A DNA stretch of 64,000 nucleotides from Geosiphon pyriformis uo1 (GCA_016748015.1 JAAOMT010000770.1:4223-68222), one strand, 5' to 3'. Counted from the first letter of the stretch, positions 36,147-51,003 are shown. Numbers and translations are program-made. The notes: generated from the letters alone by a model not told the origin.

Positions 36147-37134
36147 TTTTTATGAAAAAAGTTATTTAAATATTTGTCTTGATTATTTGATTTTTTTTTT
36201 TGTCAACTTGTTAGAAAAATAGAATGGTTTATGACTGGTTTTTATGGCTTTTCTCTACAGTTGTAGGCTGGTGTGGATTCATTCTTGCTAGTGATTGGAA
36301 AAATTAATGAACGTTTTTGTTAACAATTTTGATATATTATTCGTTACGCCTAACGAGTTTTATATCTTGGAGAATTGTTTACTTTTTTCTATTTTTTCTC
36401 AGGTATCTGATATATCCAAGATTTATTGGAGATGAAAAAATTCAAAACGTCGTTTAAAAATGATTTTGTTGCCCAATTTTTTATTAATCTTCGTATTTAG
36501 GCGATTTAGAACTCTATTATAAATTATCTCACTACTCTTCTCTAAAAGCAATTAGAAACTATATGACGTTTTTTGATCTCGATGATTTATGAAAACGTTC
36601 AATTATTACATTTATCCTCAATTTTAAGAAAAATTTTAAATTTTTTTTATTAAACAATACGGAAATAGTATAACCAATCACCCAATAAATCACAACAACC
36701 AATAAAAATATCATTTAAAAAATTTTTGTAATACGGCGAAAGATTAATAACGATCATGAGTACACTCTTTTGGGTATGATCACGCACATTTACCATTTTT
36801 GATCATAGAATTCCAAAATATGTTTGCAGAGTTTGACTATAAGATCAACGATTTGCTTTGACTTTAACTTTTTTTACGAAAAGTGAATCCTTATTGAAAA
36901 GTTTCTTGCAGCAGTCAAATTTTTTTTATGGTTACCTATCGATTCTTGGCCCAATAATATCCCTTATAATTAATAATTTTCCTTCAATTAAAGCAACATT
37001 TTAATAAAGTTAGGCATTTTGGGTTTAAATCTAATTCTTATTTGCATGACTGTACTATTGATTTCATTTTTCTAATCTCTTCTTGTTACTGAAAACTTAA
37101 TATACTATAAAAATATTTTATAAAAAATTTCAGA

Positions 37135-37347
37135 ATGGCTCACATTGATCGATTTCACTTAATAATGATTATTACAATTATTTTTATTATTGTTACTTTT
37201 AATTTAATTGCATTGGATTACAAACCTGGAGATAGTAAGGATCATAGACAACTAAAAAAGCGTTTAGCCCGTAGTAATCGGGTAATATATCATAATTCAG
37301 CTTATTTATTAAATTTTAAATTAATGATTGATTGCTTGTCATCTTGA
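37135..37347 (+). CDS. Possible small secreted or membrane-anchored peptide, or first exon of a disrupted gene
   Basis: MAHIDRFHLIMIITIIFIIVTFNLIA (signal-like) followed by LDYKPGDSKDHRQLKKRLARSNR, then a GT donor (gtaata, 37282). No downstream exon found. Confidence 0.3.
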   Translation: MAHIDRFHLIMIITIIFIIVTFNLIALDYKPGDSKDHRQLKKRLARSNRVIYHNSAYLLNFKLMIDCLSS

Positions 37348-38012
37348 AATTAATTTATTTAATTGTATGTGATTCTCAATAACCTTTTTTTTTTAATTTT
37401 GATATATTAACTAAAATTAATTTAATTTTACAACAACTCTAAGTTGAAGCTAAAAAAAAAATTATCAAGAAATTATCAATAAAAAATAAAATTGGTACAA
37501 ATTTAACCTATTTGATCTTTAGCACACTTTGAGTTAATTGCTATCTTTAAAGAATTTATTAAACCCAGTTTCATCCAATGTTTGATTAAAAAAAAGTTGA
37601 AATAAGTTTAATCAGCTAATATTATTCTTTTTTTTTTTTTGATAAAAAGTTAATAAAATAGCAGTCAAAAAAGGTTAAAATAATATTTTTTAATATTACA
37701 GCAAAAAAATAAATTTTAACAAAGTTAATATTACAAATTTTTTAAAATTATGATTATTAAAATTATTTCAAGTTTACAAAGTTTACCATGAAAAATAAAT
37801 TGTTTTACATAAATTTAGGAATTTTATTTTAAAATTGAAATTATAAAAGCATTTTTTAAATATGAATATTGTAAATATAATTAAAATTGTCTTGTTTATT
37901 CAATATTTTAATTTTTTCTTCTTAGTTTAAAATTTTTATTTTATATTATTGTATATTAATAATAATTTTTTTATTTAAATTTATTATTAAACTTATCAAA
38001 ACCTGATAACAG

Positions 38013-38013
38013 C

Positions 38014-38050
<37 letters not shown>
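38013..38050. repeat. (TA)n/(TATG)n microsatellite
   Basis: Directly visible tatatata.. run followed by gtatgtatgt. Confidence 0.85.
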
Positions 38051-38052
<2 letters not shown>

Positions 38053-38312
38053 TTGTGAAATTATTTACAAGTTAAAAAATTGTAAAATATTTTTATTATT
38101 TATGTAAATGAAATGATTTTAGTTAATTAAATCAGTTTACAAGTTCAACACATTTCATTTTATGAAAATGAATTTATAAATGTAGATTCGTTGAGTGGGG
38201 TGATATTGAATAACCCTAAAGTTTTTAATAAACTTGTTCAAAAACGTAACTATTTATTTTACTTATTTTATAAAAATTTCATTAGAAATTAATCCAAACA
38301 AAACCACTTGAT

Positions 38313-38356
38313 TTTACTTTACTTTACTTTACTTTACTTTACTTTACTTTACTTTA
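38313..38356. repeat. (TTTAC)n pentanucleotide microsatellite
   Basis: Directly visible tandem tttac units. Confidence 0.9.
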
Positions 38357-38629
38357 GTCGATTTATTTCCCAAATAAAACATACCTCTAACTGAAACTAT
38401 TTCGCGAAATAAAGAGTATATTATAATGAACGGTATCCAAAAGTGATCCCATTAAGTAGGCGATTAATTAATTTACTGGTTTTTTTTCTTCACAAAAACA
38501 ATATAAAATTCTACCTTAAACCACAATTTTTTAATCCTATCTTTGATAGTTAATAATTCTTTAAATCAACGAAAAATTGAATCTTATTTTAATCTGATCG
38601 AATAAGATACTAACGATCTTATTAAAAAT

Positions 38630-39531
38630 TATTGAAGGATGTCCTCCCTTTTGAAAGGAGAATTCAAAAGCATATAAATTAGAGGACTAATGGGAAACAA
38701 TAACGTGAGGCTTATTGAAAAGAGTAAATGAAGATCCAGAAAAGAGACCATGAGCTTTTGCAGAAATTGAATGAAGGCTTTTTAAATTTATTAAGTTGTG
38801 CAATGAGTTTATAATGGCAGAAACAGTAGTTTTAAATAAATGAAAGCTGCTATTGTAATTCGGACAATTTTAAAAAATTATTTGTAAATTCTAGGAAGGC
38901 GTCTCAGCTACCATGTATTAATTTATTGCAATTTTATCAAATCATCCAGAGTTTCAGCATAAAGTGCACGACGAATTTGACAAAGTAGTTGGACATGAAC
39001 GTTTATCAAGCATTTTTGACTTTGGCTCACTTCAATATATCCATTATTTTATTAAAGAAGTTATTCGTTGGTCTACTCCAATTTCGAAAATTCTCGATAT
39101 TTGCTATCATGTTTTTCCCCGAAAATACATTAACTTGACATTCATAATTTTTCCATTATTATTAGATCTTAACAATTCTTAGGTTTCTTGAACAAGATGA
39201 TGAGTATTTACGATATCATATTCAAGACTCTATTTAAATTTTTACGCATTGAACTCGGACAAAAATCGATCATTATTCCTTTTCGGTTGGAAGACTAATT
39301 TGTAGTGGGATTTACTTGGTAAACTTCTATACCAAGGTTTCTAAAATAAAATTATTTTTGAATAGGCTAAAGCAGAATTACTTTTCATTACCATTGGGCT
39401 ACTTTGGGTCTTCAAAATCGAAAATGCGAAACGGAAGGCCTCTTCCAATTGATCCAAGCAATTCTGCTGAGATTTTATATCAACTTCCTAAACCATACAA
39501 TGTTCAATTATTCCGAAATATCAAGAGATAA
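38630..39531 (+). pseudogene. Cytochrome P450 pseudogene (C-terminal half)
   Basis: HPEFQHKVHDEFDKVVGHERL..LQYIHYFIKEVIRW (J/K helices, ExxR), DDEYLRYHI, a degenerate heme motif DHYSFSVGRLICSGIYL (~39268-39318) and PKPYNV are present. The PERF region is deleted, there are frameshifts, and no intact N-terminal half. Confidence 0.82.
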
Positions 39532-42500
39532 AACCTATCTTAATTAACTTTGATGAAAAAAAGTATTAAAATAATTAGTTAGCAAGTTATAACAATATGT
39601 TAATTAAAACATAAAATATTAAATTGGATTAAATATTCTTAACATTTAAAAATATTTTTATTTGCATATTATTAAAATTAATTTTTTTATTAATTTTATT
39701 ATAATTAATTTTATATCATTTTTTAATTTAATTTAATTAGAATTAATTACAATTAATATAATGGTTTGTAAATATTAAAATTAATTATAAATATTTAATT
39801 AATTGTTATAATGTAATTTCATAATTATTAAAAAATATTATTTTATTAATTATAACTATTTAAAAATATATTTATATATATTTATTATATTAAAAAAAAT
39901 TAAAATAATCAAGTTTTTTAAAATTAAAAAATATTTAGTATTTTTAAATTTTAAAAATCAATTACTTTTTTATTTATTTATTTATTATTATTTTTTAAAG
40001 TATCTATTTACTTTACATTTAATTTAATTAAATTTTTTTTTTTTTATAAAACAATTAAAAAACTTGGTATTTTATTAAATTGTTGAGTCTATTAATTTAA
40101 ACGAAAAAATTGCTATAAATCTAATTTTTTAATTATTACATAATTACAACTTTATTTATCATATTTAAATTTTATTATTAATTAAAACTTATAATTTTAT
40201 TGAAATTTTATTATTTAATATAATTTTTTTTTTTTACAATATTGTTGTTTTTATTAAAATTATTATATTAATTTTATAAACCAAATTTGATAAATCTTGA
40301 TTTTTTTAAAAATTAAACTTGAATTATTAAAGATTCATTAATTGTTAGAAATAAAATTATCAAGCATAATACAAATTAATAAAGCTTAATTTCATATAAT
40401 TTTTGAAAAAATTATATTAAACATTTATAATTGTGCACAAAGTTATACTTAATATTTACATATTTCATTAATATTAATATACATTGTTATATGATAGGAT
40501 TATTTATTTTAATTGATTTGAAATTAATTTAATTAATTTATGAGAATAAAGATATTTTTTTGCCTTTCCACTTTAAAAAGAAGTGCATTTATATGAACAA
40601 TTTAATATCATGAAAAGATTGTTCACACAATCAACCTCCAAACATAAAAAGGCTAAAAGACTTGATAAAACAGTGACATGTATGTTGTGAATAATTATAA
40701 TGATCCTGCAGTTCGAGGTATCTAACATAATAAATTAAAAAGGTCCGAAAAATGCTTGGTTGAGCACATTATCAATTTCGTCAACGTTTTGGTAGCCAAA
40801 GCAGAAGAATAATTGGAGTGTGTCATTGTCTAGAATGAAACTTATAGATCCAAGAACTGTAGCTGGCGTGGTAACGTCCAAAGAATCAGAACTTAAATGG
40901 GTGGAGACGAAAGTGGGGCTCGGGTAATTTTTCTGCGGGCATTGCTTGATGGAGGCCAGCGATCAAGAAATGAAATGAAGCAAAGAAAATGGAGATCTTC
41001 GTGATACTGATCTTCTTCTTCTTCACCTTTACATGTCTGTAATACTACTAGCCTTTCTTTCAATTATAGGAATAAATAGAATTATAGAGAAAAAAAGCGT
41101 TACTTTGAATATTCCAATGCAGTGGTACCTTGCTGGAGTTCCCTAATTAACTCTCCGAACGCGCCATTGTAAGTTTCCTTTAAAATAAGTCAACGAAGGG
41201 ACGACATCAAGTTGCACAGATTTATCATAAGACGAATTCAGTAAATCACGTGAATTTTCAAAATATGTGACTGTTTTTATTAAAAAAATCTACGATACTG
41301 CTTGAACTCATCATTCCTTTATAGTTTTATATGACGAGAAGCTTCGTAATTTTGCTCCTTTAAAACATATCTTTGAAACTGCCTTAACAGTAATCTTTTC
41401 TTCCCGCAAAATCTCGCGGCCAGAGGGGTGGAAATTTCATTGAAAGTCGCTTACACGTATCCCTTGCAGAGATGACTTCCTTTAAATATGGTTTATGTAA
41501 AAAGCAAGCTGAATTGCTAACATGACATCGGAGTGTAGGATATGAAAAAGGGGATTTAGTATTGGGAAGTGCGTCTTAAATTTTTTGGGGTCGATAGAAA
41601 CTGTCATAGACTACTCGTCTTAGTTTTCCTATTTAAATTCAACTTTTCAGGATATATTGGTACATATACGGTTACAAATATACGAGCACATGTATAGATA
41701 ATGAAATTTCCCATTAAATTTTTCTCTGGGAAATCAATTTTTTACAAGGACGTATAGAGAAACAAATAGAAACCTTTTTTGACCCGTCCTAAATAATATT
41801 TACAGAATTAGGAATGCGTCAGGTAAGCTAGGATGCTAAGCATTCCTTGGCGCATATTAGTTAATTCCAATCCAGAGAGATAAGCTAGTTCGCTACGTAG
41901 CCCCTCGACACATGGTGCCTCGAGACTTCAGAAAAGTTAGGATATTACGTATCCCCTTAGCATGAGATACTTCAGCTTCAAATGCGTCGGAAATTATGAA
42001 ATGCCATGCATTCAAAGGCGTTTATAAAGAAGAATTTAAAAAAACTCAATCAAAACATTTAGATGTTGATCTTTTGAATAATGTAGTTTTTTGGAATCAA
42101 CGCTTAAAAAAAGATGGATTGTCAAAAGATTATTTTTGGTCTATATATTTACTTTACGACAACATTTTGTCTTGATTAACTCATCCTTTTTATTTGCATA
42201 AACAAATATTTTGTTTGAAAAAGTTGGTATGTTTTTAGCTTGAGAATACAATCGGAGGAACTTTAGTCCATTTGCCATATACATCCCCTAGAAAAAAGTC
42301 ATTAAACACTTTTTATTTTATAATATTATGAATGCTAAATAATAATTAATATCTAGTGGGTTCGTCATGATTCCTGAATGGATTTCCCATTCTTGCAAAA
42401 CCACAAATAATTTGCGAAAATTGATTGGCCACAGATTTTCCATTTCCATATTCTTAATTGAATTGAATTGGGAAATTGTGCAGGCCAATTTGAATGATCA

Positions 42501-44302
42501 AAATTTCGTCATTTTTGGCAATATGAATCAGAGTATTCTCATGTTAAAACATAAATAATAGAAAAATTAAATTTATGGGTAAATTTATAATTTTTTCCAA
42601 AAGTTTTATATAATAAATTTTGGACATATAATAGATTTAAAATATTTTTTTACTGATTTGTTTTTTTTAAAGTTCAATAAATTTTTATTTTTAATAACTA
42701 AAAATTCATTTTGTTTTTTAAAAATTTATTGAACCAATTGTTGTAAACTTAAATTCTTATTTGTAAATACTTGAATGGTCATTTTTATGAAATGATTTGT
42801 GATTATTTTTTGTTTTTTATTTGTTTTGTAAATATTGAGTTGATTTTTTTATTATATCTTATTGTTTTGTAAAATATTTTTGTTTTTCTGATATTCATTT
42901 TGAACAATTGTATTATCTCTTTATATAATGTATTATAAAAGAACCAATCATTAGTTACTTGAGTTTAGTCCATTCACATGACTTGATTATATGAATGACT
43001 TTGATGAAAAAATCTCAAGTTTGTTTCTGTAACAATCTTGTTATCCCACTTCTATTTAATCATCACGATTTGACATTGCTTACATAATTATTATCCTTAA
43101 CTTATTAGATGTATGACTTGCTCTTTATGATTATCGAAAAAATGATTACTATTTGATAAAACGCAAATTTTGAGAGAATAATTTTTAATCCGTAATATTA
43201 TAATACTCATTCGCTTATTCATATTCACAAAGAAGAGTATATCTTACAATCTAATAACTCGTCCTAGATCAGAAGCCAGGTTTTGAGTTCGCTTTTATAT
43301 TCCGTTTCAAGCATCAAACTCGGCTTACCCCGTTTTTCAAACTTTTATTGAAATTGAGGGTTGTCATATCTTTTCAAGGAAAATCTTGTTCAGTTTTAGA
43401 TGGTCGCTGATCAGAGGAGCTCTTGAATATCTACTTCACATGGACAAACACGAACTTTGAGAATGGAAACTAAACTCCAAATAATCATTAGTCGAAAAGC
43501 AATATCAAGTAATGGGGATACACATCGCATGCAGATGTTATGGATTCACAATTTTCCGAACAATTCTCCTTGATCGTCAAAACTTCAAAGATGTTCCGTA
43601 CCAATACTTTCAACAAAATGTTATCATATATCAATTTTGAAGATCTAGATTGGAGGTGCCAATTCTTAAGACCGAAAATTCTCTTTTGTAAAGTTTACCC
43701 TTTTATAACGAATGGAACAATCGTTTAAGACGATTTTATAATTAGCGATATTGAAGATCTTTACTCTCAAGACGAAATATTCTGATTTCCGGAGAATCTC
43801 TTTCTCACACTTTTAACACACAAACAAAAGAAATTTCATCGTCGATGAACCCTATCTCTACAAGCAATGATATAACTCATAATAACCAAGATATTACTCT
43901 ATTGGTTATCAGTCTTTTTTATTAAGGCAAGAGTAAAGAGCTCAATTGGTGGCCTCGTTCACAAACCCTAATTTCCAATTACAAAACCTCCGTTGATATT
44001 TATATATTTACCGAGTTTTTAACTTTCTCACTTAGTTTAACTTTTTGTGTTCTGCTCGACGGAGACTGAGGGTTTTTTTTATATTTAAATCTAGGTTTGA
44101 TACCTTGACTCACAAAAACCGTCTTCAATACCCCATCTCATTTTTCCGCGTAAAAATTTAGCCATTTATTCTTTTGCTATTTTAAAGAAATACCCTTTTG
44201 ACCAGGAGTCAAAATTAAAAGGTTAATCAAAAAGTCGAAGCATTTTCTCATAATTTTCTTAGGCCTCTCTCATTAGCGGCCAAGGTATCTTTGGTTGTTA
44301 AA

Positions 44303-45750
44303 ATGAGCAACCCAGCTTTATATTTAGGTTATCCGGAGTGGTATGATCCAAAATCGTTAAAAGAGGCTGTTCAGGGCATGATTGCAATTTGCTCGTTTAG
44401 TACATTGAGTAATTTGGTTGTGATGGGAACTTTCATTTGGATATACTTTCACAAATATACCAATAAAACTACCGGGCGATTGGTGCTGAATTTGTTGTTT
44501 GCGGATTGGATTCAAAGTATTGGTTATATGATGAGCTATTATTGGATAAGTCAGGATGGTAATATCAAAAGTTATCCTAATTGTAATATTCAAGGGATGC
44601 TTATAAACATTGGTGGAGTAGCTTCTGGTAAGTAAGGATAGAAATACTATTGAACAAGAAAGCAGCTTGTGTGAGAATATTTCTGAAAGATGATCTAAAA
44701 TATTAACTTTGAATTCCAGGGTGTTGGGCGTTTACATTATGCCTTCAAACTTATTTGATGGTCGTGCACTCTTATGATCCCAAATGGCTCTTTACTGCTT
44801 CAATGATGATAATTTGGCCATTCAATATCATTTTATCAACAATTGGGACATTGATTCAAAACCCTCACATACCATTCTACAGCTCTGCTGGTGGTGCCTG
44901 GTGCTGGATTAATGCAGAATACAGCACCTATCGACTCATATTTCATTATGGGATAATCACTGTTTTAGCTGTCTCAATTTACTTGTTATATGGAAGGTTG
45001 ATTTACATTATTTACCGTCGCCAAGCTACGATAAGAACGGAAAAGAACCAGACATTAAAAAAGAATGGCATAAAACTTTTATTATACCCTGGAGCTCACT
45101 GTTTGATCACCTTACCATTGGCTTTGCGTAAGTCTAACCTCTTTTGATTTTTTTTATTAGAAGAAAATTCCTAATTGGTAAACTTTTTTTTTTATAGACC
45201 GATTAATGGAAAGTGGCGAAACACAGACATCATTTTCATTGTGAGTGACTCAATAAATTTTTCATGTTTAATTATTTCGATTTAGGAAAATTGTCATTGA
45301 CTCTATAATTTCTTTATTCACATAAATTCCAGCCTTATCATAGCTGGTTGCATAGCGGCTTCATCTGGACTCGTAAACAGTTTAATTTACGGAATGACGC
45401 GTAGTATGCCATCCACTAAACCAATATTTGAAATCGTTCCAAAATTCAACATTCGTGTCCGAAATGTTCAGATTGCTCCATCAGCCATTCGTACCGTTTC
45501 CATCTCCAGCAACGCGAGTGACATGAAACCACTAAATATGGCTATTAACATGCCGCCCCATACTGCCGAAAACCAGTCTCACCAACAACGAATGCAATAT
45601 AGGGGTTCAAATATTGGAGGAGGAGTACACGGGCATAAAGGACCCGTTACGACAGATTTGATGGCGAACAGGGAAACATTGTTTGAGGGCCTAACCTATT
45701 ATGAGAATATCGAAAGTATGGAACCGTTGCGTCCACGTGTTGAATATTAA
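44303..45750 (+). CDS. Git3/Gpr1-like (cAMP-receptor-like superfamily) 7TM G-protein-coupled receptor, paralog A, 397 aa
   Basis: Exons 44303-44627, 44720-45127, 45198-45240 and 45333-45750 join in frame. Seven hydrophobic segments; motifs RLVLNLLFADWIQSIG, CNIQG, AGGAWCWI, YRLIFHY, LLLYPG, GLVNSLIYGMTR. Confidence 0.88.
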
Positions 45751-48700
45751 AATTTTCTCGTTTTCTCGTAGGGTATGAAATAATATAACCACATAAACTA
45801 TTTTTTTTCTTCTTTCTTTAAAATCAATTTATAATTAGCAACAATAAATATCGTTTTAATATTTGTAGATAAACTTTTGTTCAAAATTTGCTGTATTTTT
45901 TATATTCATATTATACGAAGCTTGGAGTTAGATGGTCTACATTGTATGTGTGACCAAAGAACAAACGCGACCTGATCAATACAAATTTGATATTTGTGCT
46001 ATGAATAATGGGTCGCGTTTGAAGTTTATAATGATATTAATAAACAAGTTGAAAGAAATGCTTCGTGAAAAAATGGTTGATAATGTTGTCTGAATTATCT
46101 TGGAAAATTTTATTAAACCTGTTTATCGTATATGATGTAATTATAATACATTATACCTGATGAAAAAAAATTCTTTCGTTCTAATGACTTGCTATCAGCG
46201 AATCTCGGTTTTTAATTTTATCTGATTTTCTATGTTATACGCAATAGAATGACCGAAAACTAGTGAAGACCATTAAAATTAAAAGGTGATAATTTAAAAT
46301 TAATGTACATTATTAATACTATTTAATATTTATTACGTTTACTCAAAATACAAATTTTATTAAAAGAGCTTTGAGTTATTTCTTATTTAATTCAAGTTTA
46401 TACATAATATAACAGTATTAGAGAGTAATTTAATTATTATTATATACTTTATGAATTTAAATTTTTTTTCTTTTAATATAATTGACTAAGATATATGAAC
46501 AAATTTTCAATGTGAAAAGAACAAAATTTTGAAAAAATAATTTTTATATAATTTATAAATCATATTTGTTTATTAAACATAGTGTATGACATTTAAACTT
46601 TTTTTGAAATTTTAAAAGATAAATGGAAATCATATTTTAGAGACATTTGAACTATATTTTAATTAAAAATTTTCATTTTCTTAATAATTTTATATAATAA
46701 AAAAATTATTCTTAAAATGTATATTTGTCTAAATAATACCAGTTCAAAATTTAAAAAAAAATTAATTTACTAAAATCATAATTTTAATATTTGATAATTA
46801 TTGTTTTTACACCAAACTTAAAATCTATCCATGTTAAATAGTTTATAAACAAAATTAAAAAATTAATTAAAAACAATTTTGTTTAATGAATATTTTTCAT
46901 TTTCTTGATTTATTATTTAATTTTAAGATAAATCATTTAATTTAGTCATTCATTTTTTTATTCCTAAAAAATAAATTCTGGTTTTTGTTTTTTTGAACTT
47001 TGTTAATTACTAGGTTTGATTTTTCATAAAAATATTGTGATCACGATTCTTATTTTAAGTTACATTCCAGTGCTTAAATAGGATATTACTATGATTCTGA
47101 CATTTAAAAAAGTAATGATTGTTTATAGGTCTTTTGTATCTTTTGATTTTCCACTTTATGAAATATAATTCAGCTGTTTGAATTGGGATAGAGCTCATGA
47201 TAAAAGATAATTGTAATGATTTCAAAATTTTAGATCAATTTAATTATGTATTTTGAACATCATTAGGTAAAGTAGAAAAAGAAAATCCTCGGAAAGAATA
47301 AAAATAAAAAAATAGTTTCATTTTCTGGGTTTTATTATTTACATTGTAAAAAATCTTTCCTAAATACGGAAACCATCAACTGAGCGGTTTAAACAATTCA
47401 CCAACCACCAGGCCAATGTTAATGCGCCGAATCAACTCATTATTATTACGACCAGGAAAAAATTTATTCATGCATAAATTAATAATTTCAACAGAGACGT
47501 TCAAATTTGTAAGCCTTGGTTGCCTGCTTTATTTCTTAATTGAAAGGCTATTATTAAATATTTTATCTTTTTTTATTTTAGATTTACTTCGGAATTTTTC
47601 GTCCACCTTTTAATAGTGTAAAATCAAATGACTCTTACAAAATATGTAAATTCTCAGTATAAAAATTGTTATTTTCACAGGTGATATTCACTAGGGATGG
47701 ATAGTAACAAACTTGGTGAAAATCTATTTATCTCTCTATAAATTAAATTTTGAAGTACACTTTGGTTCTTTAGTCAAGATCACCACACAAAGGAATAAAT
47801 CTAGATTAAACTTTTAATTCAACATGAAATATTAGATTTTGATTTTGATTTTAAAATTACTAGAATCTTCGAGAGTATTTCTGAGCACAAAACTTTAGAT
47901 GATGAAAATTTTAATCAGGGCATGCTACGACAAATTTAGGCAAAGTGGACATTAATGATTGGGGATAAAATCTTTTCCTTTGCCCAATAACAGCATTCCT
48001 GGTGAAAGATAGTAAAATTCAAAGATAAAAGTATTGTTTGCAAGAGAAATAAATTTACATCTTCAGCAGTTTTTATCCAAAAAATGGACTTTTTGAAAAC
48101 AACCATCCTGAGATTATCATGCTACCTCTCTTTTTAATTGACTATGTGAATCTTAATGGTGCTATTCTCTTTGCAAAACCAAAGAAATTTTACAATAGAA
48201 CCATTCAAAGTTAAAGACAAGTGTATTTTTTTTATAAGTACAGAATCTCTTAAACAGTTCTTTATTCATCTTAGGAGAACAGAAAGTGATGCTAATACCA
48301 TTTTCTTTTTTATTCACTTTGTGGAATTTGTGAACTTCTTTTTGATAGTTTTATTTACCATTAAGTGTTAAAAGCATTGGTTTTATTCTCTTTTCCGTAA
48401 TAATAGTTATCTAATTTGCTTTTAAATTAGTAGAAATTGGCTAAAATAATTAATATAATTATATTTCAATAACTATAAGTGCCGGATATTAACAAACTAA
48501 ATTTTTTTGACTTGGCATTATTAAAAACCACAAAACTGTATCAAAAAAGATAGAAAATAAAATATTGCTAACAAAATAAATAAATAAGAGCAGTTTATAT
48601 ATTCAGCATTACTATAATTACTTTAATATCAATAAACAAATATATATATATATATATATATATAATCCAACAAAATTATATGTTTTAATAAAACAGAAGT

Positions 48701-50474
48701 ACAAAGATCTAAGTAACTAATTTATCATACAAATTAAATATAAAGATAAATAAACACAAATAGAAGCCACAATAATCTTGATTTTATATTTTTAATATAA
48801 GTATATAAAGTTAATTGATAAAACTAGGATCTATAACAAACTAAAAACAATAATATCTTGAAACCAGATTATAAAAACTTTTTCAAGTCTATAATAACAT
48901 TAAAAATGACAAATCATTGTAGAAGATGTCTTTTATAACTTTAATATGAAGCACAATACAAACAGTATGTTTATTTTATTTTGTAGCTTTATTATGATAA
49001 TATATTAAAGTTTAATAAATTAAACTTCAATGTTGTTAAATGTCTTTATTATTCTTTTTTTTTGACTCTAATAATGAACAAAAAAAGTGCTTTTATCAGT
49101 GTTTGTATATGTTTTTTATATATTTTTTTAAGTTTCTAAAAAAAGAACTGGGATCGGTCTTTTTCATCTATATCCAAAAAATAGCATATCAATTACTAAC
49201 CAAATTAATAAGCTGATACAAATGTTCCAGAATAGTCCGGCATATTCCTAATTAACCGTTTCCTCGTGACAATATAACTGTGCTAAAGTAAAAAACTATT
49301 GAAAAAGAAAAAAGAATTGAAACTTTTTAAATGTTAAAAAACATATTCAAATAGTCTGCATAATTTTCAACAAAAATAAATAGAAAATTTGAAAATTGGA
49401 GTTAATTAAATTCTTATATGTAAGTGTTTTCTTGGTATTTTTTATTTAATTTTTGTTTTTTATCATATTTATCATTATTTATGTTTTATTTTAGATTACA
49501 ATATTGCTGAATACATATGTTATGCTTTGTGTTTAAAGTTACTTAAAATTCTTTTACAAATTGCCCAATTCAATTCAAATATGCTTCTGTTATTTTGTTA
49601 ACCTAAAAAGTAGAGATAAATCATAATATATATTAATTTACAAGTATTTATTAACAGCCATTATAACTGTATTAGAGACTATTTTTTCCAACATAATCTA
49701 GTTAGTTAAAGAAGATTGGTTGCAAAGAATTAAGAAAAAAAATTAGAAAAATAATCTTGTTTATTATTTAATATATTACATAAATTTCTTTTACAAAATC
49801 AAACAAAATTATTTATATAGCAAACAATAAAAATATGAGAAAAATTTTCACTTTTAGAATTGGTTATGATTGTATATTAGTGTTTATCTTAACATTGAAA
49901 AAAAAGTTTAAAAATATTGTAAAAATAAAATGCAACAATAATTAATAAAAATATATTATTATAACTAAATCAATTTTTAATTTTTTCTTAATTCTAACAC
50001 TTTTAGCAAAAAAAACATAATAACAAAGATACTAAAATATGTTAAAAAAAAGTGGTTCTAATATTTTAACTAATTGGTTTAGTTAGATTAACAGTAAGGT
50101 AGTTAAATTTTTTGAGTACTACATTTAAAAAAATTACTAATTACCAAAGATTCTATTATTAAATTAAAAAACCATCAAAGCAGGCAAGATAATTATTGTT
50201 TTGGGTTATTATTTCTGAACTTATGATTCTGGTTGATTCTAAGATTTACACAGAAACTGAATTGGCTAATGACTTCATTCCCAAAGTTGCAATCTTGTGC
50301 ATAGTTTACGTTGGAGTTGAATCTGTCGGTCAAGAAACGAACAAGCAAAGCTATTTCATTTCTCGGATGAAGATGAACGTTTAGTATGAAAATCAAGTAA
50401 ACTCACCAAGATGCTTCTCTCAAATCCGAGATACAACGTCAAAAATTAATGACAATTGAGTAATTTTTTTCACA

Positions 50475-50680
50475 ACATTATGGCGTATCATTGATGGAAG
50501 GTTTTACGCTAAGCTTTTGTGACAGCATGTTTAGAAAATTCTTGGAAGAAGTGGCCCTTTCAAAAAGATAACAATCCCAAGTGTACGAGTTGATAGCTAA
50601 AGACCTTTCTTACCGAGAAAGTCATTAACTGATCGTCTTGATCTAAATCCTATTGAAATTTTATAGGCGATAAATTCAAT
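50475..50680 (+). mobile_element. Tc1/mariner transposase relic (catalytic-domain fragment)
   Basis: IIDGRFYAKLL*QHV, FQKDNNPKCTS (cf. FQQDNDPKHTS) and DLNPIEIL*AI (cf. SPDLNPIENLW). Confidence 0.75.
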
Positions 50681-51003
50681 GTCACATATTAAATTGTTAT
50701 TAATAAAATCTGTTACTTTCGGCCTTTCCAACAATATGAATTAGAAAAAAATAGACACCTATTTGAATAAACATCATTATATGATCCTAAATTTTCCCAA
50801 GGATTAATTCAAAAATTCTGCGTAAATTAGTGAGTTAGCTTTTATTGCGAATATTTTTTGTCAGAAGCATTTAATTATTACAACTGATTTAATTGCGAAA
50901 AAAAAACAATAAATATGGTATTGGGTCTGATGAATTTATAATGTAAATAAATCTTTTTTACTAACACGAGTTTGAATATTAATTTTACAATATATTCACA
51001 AAA

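Noticed and set aside
40600-42050. GC-richer island with coding-like texture
   Set aside because: No frame or motif could be sustained and no RNA structure was recognised.
43300-43800. Possible minus-strand kinase pseudogene (GLKNWH..DNILL; TSACDVY; DQRPS)
   Set aside because: Suggestive motif order but too degenerate to call without a frameshift-aware search.
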